DNA of 63,773 nucleotides, the filler included, from Octopus bimaculoides (taxonomy: Eukaryota): assembly GCF_001194135.2 (NCBI RefSeq). It is 5 parts of 4 records of this genome, joined end to end, with 100 filler letters (N's around TTAATTAATTAA, not from the genome) between each part and the next. Parts side by side here need not be neighbours in the genome. Positions count along the whole stretch, not along the records: positions 51,943 to 59,073 come from NC_068996.1; positions 59,174 to 63,773 come from NC_068987.1; 3 more parts are not named here. One strand, given 5' to 3'. The translations under genes and the position numbers were made by a program. Below, piece after piece: positions 53,790 to 63,773 of the stretch (positions within the stretch are counted from its first letter, which is position 1; each line of letters opens with the position of its first letter). Below the pieces are notes generated by a model. That model was not told where the DNA came from, made no database searches, and worked only from the letters and a program-made list of their open reading frames with translations.

Positions 53790-54230
53790 ATAGATATATA
53801 CATTATTGAATACCGCCGTCCGTGCCTGAGAAATCTTGTACCCCTGCCGTAAGGCTTTACTTCCACACACGCCAGCTTAATTTAATTCATCCTTAGTCGA
53901 AAGATACCTGATGTTATGTCCTGTTATTTGTATTTGTGTAACTTTTTCTCTTTTTCTTCCGTCCTTGTTTTCGTATACATTCGCTGCTGTCTTCCAAGGA
54001 ATCTAATGCTCTTAGCTTAGTTTTTCCTTGGGGCTGGCCAGATTGGAACAATCTCGAGTATAAGCAGCCGAAATTGCAAAGATAATCTGGAGCTCGACTG
54101 AGGAAAGAAAACTCCGAATGAACCGTCCTTGTTTTCTTTGTATCGTCTGTCTAGATGTTTTGTTGTCCCCCTTTTGTATCAACTGTCTGGATGTTTTGCG
54201 TTCTTGTCCCATTTTGTATTTTTTATATAT
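53790..54230 (+). mobile_element. Probable Penelope-like terminal region
   Basis: Pyrimidine-rich repeat-like block containing the permuted HHR; no ORF, so assignment is inferred. Confidence 0.4.
54019..54113 (+). ncRNA. Non-circularly permuted hammerhead-like ribozyme, complete
   Basis: X AGUUUU(UC)CUU/AAGAAAACU; stem II GGCUG/CAGCC; IIIb CCAGAUU/AAUCUGG; stem III CAAU/AUUG; AUC^ site at 54053/54054; stem I UCGAGU/GCUCGA; GAAA 54070-54073; CUGAGGA 54098-54104. Confidence 0.8.
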
Positions 54231-54453
54231 TAAAAATATTGTTATATACACACATATATGCATATACATTTCCAAACACACACGCACACACATAAACACA
54301 TTATTCTTTCTTGGAATGGTTGATATCCACGCAGATTAAGCTATAAATAGTAGCGTGTAAGTATTGGACAGCTTTCAACATTTTCCTTCTAATATCCGAT
54401 AAATATACGCTAATATTTATAGATTTATCTCCTTCAAGATTCACCATTCCAAA

Positions 54454-54484
<31 letters not shown>

Positions 54485-54729
54485 AATGATTATTTCGCGT
54501 TCCTCTGAAGATTATAAATTATCATGACGTCAACAATATAAACATCAGTGGTCTGTAGGCTTGTGTCAAACAGCTGCTGTCTTGCACAGGAAGAGTCCAG
54601 CTGTCTACTGAGTCATAAGTGATAATGAGGCGGCACCTTCATCTGACGGAGAAGGAAGACAGATTGTTCTCTGTTTTCGCGAAAGAAGGTATGTGGCAGA
54701 CTCTTTTGGAAAGTTTGAAAACGGATACT

Positions 54730-54925
54730 TAGTTGGCAGAATCGTTAGCACCCCCGAGTAAGTTGGTTAGCGGCATTTCGTCCGTCTTTACGTTCTGAGT
54801 TCAAATTCTGCAGACTTCGATTTTGCCTTTCATCGAAGTCAATAAAATAAGTACCAGTTGTGTACTGGTGTCGATGTAATCGACTACCCCTTCCTCCAAA
54901 TTTCAAACTTTGTGTCTATAGCAGA
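54730..54925 (+). mobile_element. SINE family B copy followed by (ATT)n (54933-55044)
   Basis: TTGGCAGAATCGTTAGCAC...GAGTTCAAATTCTGCAG...TAAGTACCAG. Confidence 0.85.
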
Positions 54926-54992
54926 AAAGATTATTGTTGTTGTTATTATTATTATTGTGATTATTATTATTATTATTATTATTATTATTGTG

Positions 54993-55045
<53 letters not shown>

Positions 55046-56279
55046 GTTAATGCAATAACGTCATGCCACTTACTTTCTCGTTATTCTTATGTGTTAGATT
55101 TTCCTTGTAAATTATTCACGTTGAATTTAAGACAAAATAAATTTTGTGTTGAGTCAAAAATATTTGTGGAAAAAGGAAGAAAATTCTTGATGCATTCCCT
55201 TGAGATAAAAATAAATGGCAGCAGCTCTTAATAACGGAAGTTAAAATTGTCACCTATCTGTATCTCGGTTTTTAGATGTCATTGCTTTAAAAAAAATATT
55301 CCATTTCCTCCTTTTTTTGCCCATTCCTTCTATCAATTTGACACATTCAGTTGTTAGTTAGAGATCATGGTGCCCAAGCGTATAACCTCTTCATCGCAGA
55401 TAGAAATTCCAGGCAAGATCTGCTAAAGTTAATCATCGTTTCATAAGACTACATTTTCCTGTTTGAGAAAACTGATATTCAGAAGAAATATAAAGAACAT
55501 TTGAAGAATATAGCAGAATTGTTTATGGGAGTGTGATGATGGTATAAATAAGATTAAGGAAAGTAATTTAAGGTTTGGGGCACCACTAGTTGTTCATGTA
55601 AGCCAAACAAATAAACGAATCATTTAATTTTTTTTTTTTTTTTTTTTCGTGGGATATCAACTTCAAGAAAATGAAAATATTTTGCAGCGAAACACAATTT
55701 AGTGGATTGAAACATCTAGTGAAGTGATCACGTGAGGTGAATGAGAAAAGACAGCGACAAAGAACGGAGTGAGTTAAAAAATATATAAACAAATAAATAT
55801 TTACTAAATTACTTATAGGTGTATCTTACTCGTGGAAGAAATGGCTTTTTGGATGTAAAAAGACTGCAATTGTGTAGATCAAAAGAAATGAATAACTATG
55901 TGTTTATTATTGTCCTTACTTTTTCTTGCTAATATCTTTTAACACCTTACATCAGATTAAAAGTAGTGTTGTTACACATGTTAGATAAGATATCACTTCA
56001 AGTTAGATGAAATATTCCACTTTCCTGAGACAGCAATTCTAGGTTAATATAATCAACGCTAAATTCTTACATGACCTAATTTTTTAAGCAGTTACCCCAC
56101 CACCCAAATACACCAAAATAAACAAAATGGAAAGCGACACGGAAGTAAAATCAAACATTCCTTCAAAAAATACATCTACTCGGATGTTTTTTTTTCTTCT
56201 TTTTGTTTTCGTTTTACAGTCGTTTTAAATAAACGACATAAAAATTGTTAAATTTCACTTATATTCATTATCAAAGTGA

Positions 56280-56545
56280 CGATCGCTAGATCGTGCGTTC
56301 GATTCCCGGACTGAGCATTCTATCCTTCAGCAAAACACTTCCTTTTCCTTTGCTCTGCAATCATTTCGACATGTGACGCGTGGCACACTTGTGCACCTGT
56401 AGGGGCAATATTTTTGATGGAAAGCAATGCGCTAATGTGCAGTACATACATTTGATCGCTATAAACAGATCATTTACGCAGGTCATTCAGTAAACACTGA
56501 TCACTCATACGTCGTAATCGATAGGGGAGTCCATCATCATCGCCA
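56280..56545 (+). mobile_element. Probable third tRNA-derived SINE family, (CAT)n tail
   Basis: B-box-like GTTCGATTCCC then TCCTTCAGCAAAACACTT core-like segment. Confidence 0.5.
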
Positions 56546-56639
56546 CCATATCCTCGTCATCATAATGCTTTTAAAACTTTTCAATGCTATGCATATTTCC
56601 CTTCTTTTACAGTGTATACCGTGTATACTTACTCTCTTT

Positions 56640-56848
56640 TACTCTTTTACTTGTTTCAGTCATTTGACTGCGGCCATGCAGGAGCACCGCCTTTAGTCGA
56701 TCAAATCAACCCCAAGACTTATTCTTTGTAAGCCTAGTACTTATTCTATCGGTCTCTTTTGCCGAACCGCTAGGTTACGGGGACGTAAACACACCAGCAT
56801 CGGTTGTCAAACAATGTTGGTGGGACAAACACAGACACACAAAAATAT

Positions 56849-56914
<66 letters not shown>

Positions 56915-57060
56915 GACAAGCTTCTTTTAGTTTCCGTCTACCAAATCCACTCACAAGGCTTTGGTCGGCCCGAGGTTATAGCAGAAGACACTTGCCCAAG
57001 GTGTCACGCAGTAGGACTGAACCCGGAACCATGTGGTTTGTAAGCAAGCTACTTACCACT
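56640..57060 (-). mobile_element. SINE family A, nearly complete, with internal (CA)n
   Basis: Colinear reverse complement of 23946-24248 extended to the ...GCATGGCCGCAGTCAAATGACTGAAACAAG tail. Confidence 0.9.
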
Positions 57061-57199
57061 AATCATTTTATTATATGTAAACGCCCACACTTTATGTCTG
57101 TCTTTGTACTGTCCTTCTCATCCTTCACCCTTGTGGCAAATAAATTAAATCATTATTATTATTATTATTGTTGTTGTTGTCGTTGTTTAGCTATTATAG

Positions 57200-58870
57200 C
57201 CTAATTTAATTAGCTGGAATGTTTTCTGATGTTTAATGACAAGTCTCCTCAAATCTCAAGAATCATTCTTACAATTTCCGCAAAATACAAGATAATATTT
57301 TCGATGCTATGCGAAGTGAACCAATTACCACAGGAATAAATGTTGTTTTAGCCTTCTACACACTCTTCCGTTCTCTCGTTAGGTTCTGATATTTCTCAAT
57401 TTTATTTTATAAAAAGAATTTTTTTTTCAATTTCATTGGTATCGACTCTGCTATCTAAGGAAATTGCAAAATTTAATATCTTACGATGCTTATTTTGTCC
57501 TCTATAATCATATCTGGTCCTCCTGCTTCAATAGTATGATCTGTCTTTAGGTGAAAGCCCCACGAAATCTTGTAAATCTTGATTATTATTCATGCAAACC
57601 TGCACGTTATTTCGAAGCCACAACTTGGCAACATCCCAATGTACTCATTTGACTACACAATCATGCCTACACTTATACTCTTTTTGTGCTAGCTTACTAC
57701 ATTCACTGAAAAGGCTGATGCCTGCATTTGTCCCCTTTCCTGTAGATTCTACTTTTTCTGTCTTAGTTATTTCAGCGCTTCGGTTTCTCGCTTCAGGTGC
57801 CTGTCCGTCAACCAGAGCCAATGTTCTTTACTACCAACATTCTCGGTTTGTTGCATGAATTGGCCATGTAACTCCTTTTCTTTCTGTTTGTTTGTTCTGC
57901 AGTTCTACCTTTTTTCTTTGACTTCCCCTACTGTTTCAGTCACTTTTTGCGTATCTCTGGCTGCTTATAGTATTCTGTTTTTTTTATTTTTTTACTCTAC
58001 GCAACACAAGTTCTTCTATCCTAAACGTGTCTCCAGCGATTAGTAATCTTCTGCTACCTTCCTTTCATATTTAGCGCTGCGCATTTATTTACCCCCAAAT
58101 TGCATTCCAATATCTTTAATGAACGTTCCTACTGTTTGGATCAGTGAACCCAGGTCTTTCTCATTTTTACATATAGTTTGATGTTATCCCCATAAAGCAA
58201 GTGATTTATTTTCACCCTCAAATTCAATGGCAGGCCTAGATTTTCTCAGTATATTCAGAGGGATTAACACAATGACGAAAAGTAATGAAGAGAACGAGTC
58301 TCCTTGGAAAATTCCCTTGCATATTTTCATATTTCTCATCGATTCCCTTGCATATATCAACTCTACCTCTCATACTCCCGTTGCTTTCTCCAAAAGGTTA
58401 TCTTCTCGTTGTTGACTCCAGGTGTACTCAAACACTCCAAAAGCCAGTTGTGTGGGACACTGTCGTAATCCTGCCTATAATATGTCCATCCAACACCTAT
58501 ATTTCTTCTTTCTTATTCGTACCTCATTGAATATTCTTCTATCTATATATACCAGATCAGCAGTTCCACTTGATTATTTTCAATATCTATTTTGTTCTTA
58601 TGGCAATAGATCATTCTTTTCTAGAAAATTATACACTCTATCTGCTATGAAGCCAGTAAAATAATTTCCAGAGTAGTGGTAAGGATATAATAGGCCTATA
58701 GTTGCTGACTTTCTCTCTCTTTTCTATGTCGTTCTGTAAAAGAATATTCATTTCTTTAGTGCGTTCCACTTTTTATGCAACCAGTTGGTAAATGGTCGTA
58801 TATGGCTGTGTTTATCTGGGAAATCTTTGAACCAGAATCCTTGAACACCATCTGTTACACAGAATTTTTA
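57200..58870 (-). mobile_element. Fourth, longest and oldest R4/Dong-type copy (RT through endonuclease, with deletions)
   Basis: SNYRPI, DYDSVPHNWL-like, GIFQGDSFSSLLF, WLWL..LKRETEAL, ECSKLAQKEYKCRHD..VHWDVA, TDHTIEA..PD motifs in order; (AAT)n tail at 57150-57180. Confidence 0.85.
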
Positions 58871-58872
58871 TA

Positions 58873-59073
<201 letters not shown>

Positions 59074-59173
59074 NNNNNNNNNNNNNNNNNNNNNNNNNNN
59101 NNNNNNNNNNNNNNNNNTTAATTAATTAANNNNNNNNNNNNNNNNNNNNNNNNNNNNNNNNNNNNNNNNNNNN

Positions 59174-59206
<33 letters not shown>

Positions 59207-59224
59207 GAGTGTGTACGTGTGTAA

Positions 59225-59284
<60 letters not shown>

Positions 59285-60171
59285 GTAAAGAGATAGATAG
59301 TTCAGTAAAACGCCATCAGTAAATACCACGGGATCAGGTGAAGAGTGTCACCGGAATTTCTCAGGTTGAACTTGGCACACAGCTTGTGAAAAGCTGATGG
59401 CCGTTTTGCACATCATCTGCACGTAATTGTGCAATCAGTGTCCTTTCACAACAAAACAGCCCTTTTTTAGGATGGCACTGCTTTTCCCCTATGGAGGAGG
59501 GACCGAGAAAATGTGACCTAAAAGGTGATTACACGCATTGAACCTTGTCATTAGGTGTAAATGACTGGGCAACCAAACCTAATCCAGAAGATGAAGCAAA
59601 TCGAAAAATCAACCAGCATACAGAGAAGACAACAACCATATATCTGGTGGTTGTCTACTCCTTATGCAGAGGCCGAACACCGCCTGTACCTACACCTTAG
59701 ATCCATCGTAGCGTCTGATGTTTTTTTTTAAACCAGACGATGTTTTGAAAAGGCACATAAATTGAATATATCTGATTTGGACAAGCAAGGTCTCTGATTA
59801 AATTCTGATCTTTGTGCGTCCCAAAATGTCTGTTTCTATATATGTATTTTTGGTCATGTTATGTGTGGAGTGTATGAATGAATTCTACGCACAAGATAAG
59901 CTCCACACATAACATGGACAAAAAAACATATTCTTAAGAAAATACGTAATTAAAGTAATTTTAATGTCATGATTAGCGAAACAGTCGTCAAACATAATGT
60001 AAACTATATTTAAAAAATATATTAAAAACTATGCAAGAATGTGTGCATTTACCTTCTTTAGTTTCTTATATATACATATATATATATATATATATAAACA
60101 CACAGAANNNNNNNNNNNNNNNNNNNNNNNNNNNNNNNNNNNNNNNNNNNNNNNNNNNNNNNNNNNNNNNN

Positions 60172-60214
<43 letters not shown>

Positions 60215-60334
60215 CATACATCTATATATGTATGTATATATATAGTTGGAATTTATAACAAAAAAATACAAGACGAAAGTGGGTGTGTAAACAACAAACA
60301 GATGTATTAGTATAACGCCCGGGAAGTGAGAAAG

Positions 60335-60372
60335 TCTTGTACCTATCGAGTCTAGGCTCTTCAACAGAAAGG
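60335..60372 (-). ncRNA. Degenerate minimal hammerhead (CUGUUGA family) in a Penelope-like repeat
   Basis: CUUU CUGUUGA A GAG-CCUAGA-CUC GAUA GGUAC AAGA; homologous to 32061-32097 with GAAA mutated. Confidence 0.5.
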
Positions 60373-61429
60373 AACACAGAAATAACCAGAGAAAGAAAAA
60401 AAATATATGTATATATATATACACACACATATACATACATATTCAGGTTTATGTATTTGTGCTTGGGTGTTTGTGTGTATGAGTGTAGTTTTATGCATAC
60501 TGCTCAGTGCATCTTCTTGTCTTGCTTTGTGCTTGCATAGCATCCCGGTTCTTTCCCAGGAGCATTGTTTGCTGGACCCGTATTCACCCTTTACTAGTTT
60601 TTGTTAATCTTTTTCTCTGTAAGGTACCATGTAATTTGTTTCATATACATATATCTCAAACTTCATCCAGGATTAAAAATTAAAACGCATTAATGAATAA
60701 AAAAATTAATGTCAAATATTTTATCCAAGAACATTTGCAGAAATGCAATTGTAAACCAGAACCAATATTCCACAGGTTTTGTTTGGTACGTCTGTAGTAC
60801 TATTTATTATATATTTGAATTCCAATTTATTTCAAGATAAACACACCATAAATTGCAGTAGTTGACAAATATAAAATAAATCAACTGTTTTACAATGGCA
60901 CCAACATCTTTTATGTAAAACCAAAACTTCAAGTGGGGTTTCCTGTACACAAAATGAATGCTTTCATGCAAAACAGCCAGAAAGAAAATGGAAGGAAGGT
61001 AACATCCACAGGAAGAGAACATGAACTATAGGATCAAAGGAAGTTCCATGCCTTTGCTAAGCTCGAGAAATATATCAATTCAGTCACCCTGAAATAAAAT
61101 CATACCTAAGGAAAAATGGAATATTCCTACATGATACGATAAGTTTCAATAAACTGTGTCGAAATAATGACGGTACCATGTGCGAACATATATGTGGTTA
61201 GATAACGGTGGATATCTTCATTCAAGGCTAAACACCTAGAGCAAGATTTATTTCTTGTTATTCTTATGAACGATACAAAATACTATTTTATTTTCAGACA
61301 CATTTAATAGTCTTCTCCAAAATTATAAAATACTATAGCTATATGAGCTACGGTGTTTTATAATATCAATATGGTGTTTGAGACTGGAAACGTTCCAATG
61401 ACTTCCTCAAACGAAACAGACTCAACTGT

Positions 61430-62560
61430 TCACCAGAGATTTATAACGAAATAAAACTGCAATAAACATATTACGAAAATAAGTGTATAGTTATCTAAAA
61501 CCGTATGTTCAATACAGGACGAAACCCATAAAGAATTAGAAATATGATTGCTAATCGCACATATTAAAACAAAAGCATTAAAGATACAATTTTCAGACAT
61601 ATATTGAACAAACACTACAAATGTATTTATAAAGAGAAGGAATTGATGGAATAGACACAAATAACTTAATAAACTACAGCTATATACTAGAGCTTCGGCG
61701 TAAATTGAATGCTAAATTGAAAGCTTAAAGAACCAACAAAACTAGAAACATTTGAAAGGGTAAATTTACTTGCTCGAGTGGAAGAAAGTTTAGAGAAAGT
61801 ATTACAATGTAAAAACAAAGGAATTAGAAATCTACCTAGAACCACGCAAAGGGAAACTTTATAAGTGTAAGAATGGAACATCAAGGCATGCCTCTTCATA
61901 AAGAAAACAATAAAGTACAAAGTGGAAGTTCATTACAGTGAAGAAAATACTTCATATATGGCTACAACATAAGAAAGGAAAAAAAAAAGACTAAAAGAAT
62001 ACAGCATTCCAAAACATAGTGAGAATATAAAGATCTAACAGAGTGCAAGCCAATACGTGAAAGCTAATAATGACAACAAAATATCTGTAATAAATGAGAA
62101 AAAGAAGTGAATATAGACTCATAGTCAAAAACCCAAAATTAAAATATAAGGAAGAGTCTGACGTTACGAACAAAGTATGAAAACAGATTAGAAAAAAGAT
62201 TAAACATAGAATGGTTAATAGTTCCAATATGTTCACTCGATATTATTGCTTCCCAATTCTTGAAAAGCAATGCTATATCTAATGTATATGGCGTCAAGTG
62301 ACAACTCTTCGACAAGTAACTTAAATTAAGTTGTTTATACACGTCTAATGCACAGTACATCATAACGATCGGGCAAGAATTAATATGGGATATACCTGAG
62401 TAATATGATAATAAAATCAAAAGGGCATTTCCAGATATTATTATCACGGATTGAAACATAAAGCTTTGTAATCTTATAGATATATTAGACCCTTTCACTT
62501 AAACATGTCTGGAAAGTATTCAAGAAACTATCAAAATACGAGGTTATTAAAATAGAAATA
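61430..62560 (+). mobile_element. Possible highly decayed LTR-retrotransposon gag-pol relic
   Basis: A-rich former-coding-like block; LYKCKNGTSRH is a weak zinc-knuckle echo. Very weak. Confidence 0.2.
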
Positions 62561-63738
62561 AACGGAATGTTAGGTATAAGTGCGGATAATAGTGTACCAC
62601 TAAACATAATTAAAACAGGAACAGGTGAGACTAGGTATGAGTATCATGCGTCGTTATAGCGTTGCAGCGCGTCGCTGCATCCGCCGTTTGTTGGTGATTC
62701 CCTACTCATAGCGGTTGATACCTTTGCAGTACCTAGGTGACAATCCTCCAGCCTTCGGGTCTGTTAGGGCAGTCGTTGCTCCAACCCCTTTTAGTCGCGT
62801 TTTACAACACAGAGAGGAAACGTTGGATTTATTCTTTGACAGTGCCAGTCCACACAGAGCATGGACACAAGAGATATAAAACAAAAAAAGTAACAGAGTT
62901 TGGATCTCCAAACACAACACAAAAGTATAAATGCCAAGTTAATTCAACAGCCTATAGAGGATAAATTTGATTCAATGGCACAAACAACAGTAATATGTCG
63001 TAGCCCTCACACATTCAATTTCTGCTTAATTATAGAACATAGATATAAAGCACACACTTTATTCAGTCATCACCATATGAAATAACACGAAACATATTTT
63101 TAGATAACCGACATCCGACTGTCTAGCACATCACTCTCTTAACCAGAAACTCAGAAAGCTCATATTTTATTACCTAACTATATATTACAGCACACGCCGA
63201 ACAAAATCTGCACAATTATCGGTTCGATATTAATATACAATAAAGAACGAACGCAACACATACGAAACACAATCATAGTCCAACAAAATAATAGAAATTA
63301 ACACGAAGAAAAGAAGTAAACAAAAATGTAAAGGCAATTAAATATACAAATGTGCCTCGGCACGAGATATCCATCGACAGACTCTAATGAAGGAGATAAG
63401 AAAAAAGTAAATGTACAACGTGTGACGGTTCTGATTACACGATCAATAACTTGCTTTCCGACAGCATATTGCGAACGATAAACGCATACACTCATTCACA
63501 TGCACACTGCAATACACTCAATCCTTTTGTGTATGTGTGTGTGGACATGTGTGTTTGCGTGTTTGTCTGTGAGTGTGTGTGTTCGTGTAAGCATGTGTGT
63601 AAGTATCTGTCTATGTATATATACCCCATTGTTTATCTTTTCCTTTCTTTATATATATATATATAGGTATAATATATATATATATATATATATATGCCTG
63701 TAAACATGTATATATATGCATGCATGTATATATGTATA

Positions 63739-63773
<35 letters not shown>

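Noticed and set aside
61430-62498. Hydrophobic minus-strand ORFs as membrane proteins
   Set aside because: Expected antisense reading of A-rich DNA.

Overview
AT-rich eukaryotic, non-genic-looking DNA, about 10% N, dense in microsatellites and transposon relics. Style of the SINEs and repeats suggests a coleoid cephalopod, probably Octopus (inference from pattern recognition, not a search). No host protein-coding gene can be called with confidence, and almost all listed ORFs are microsatellite or gap artefacts. Supported elements: 5' end of an L1/Tx1-like LINE, four R4/Dong-type non-LTR fragments beside (AAT)n, an RTE fragment, a HERO-type 3' fragment, decayed CR1/L2-like RT relics, a near full-length degenerate maT/mariner-type transposon, hAT, piggyBac and Tc1/pogo MITEs, many copies of two tRNA-derived SINE families and Penelope-like terminal repeats. 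The main signal is RNA structure. The window holds many hammerhead ribozyme (HHR) motifs. Several are the known minimal type-I Penelope-associated form. Three sequence-unrelated loci (12048-12169 minus, 27417-27496 plus, 54019-54113 plus), plus a half copy at 1441-1488, fold into one non-circularly permuted, pseudoknotted hammerhead. In it the substrate strand precedes GAAA, GAAA precedes CUGANGA, and an extra helix is inserted between A9 and stem II. One copy lies in the 3' UTR of a HERO-type retrotransposon. All folds were derived by hand and no activity is shown. Four 100-bp N44-TTAATTAATTAA-N44 spacers are artificial joins, so context across them is unreliable.
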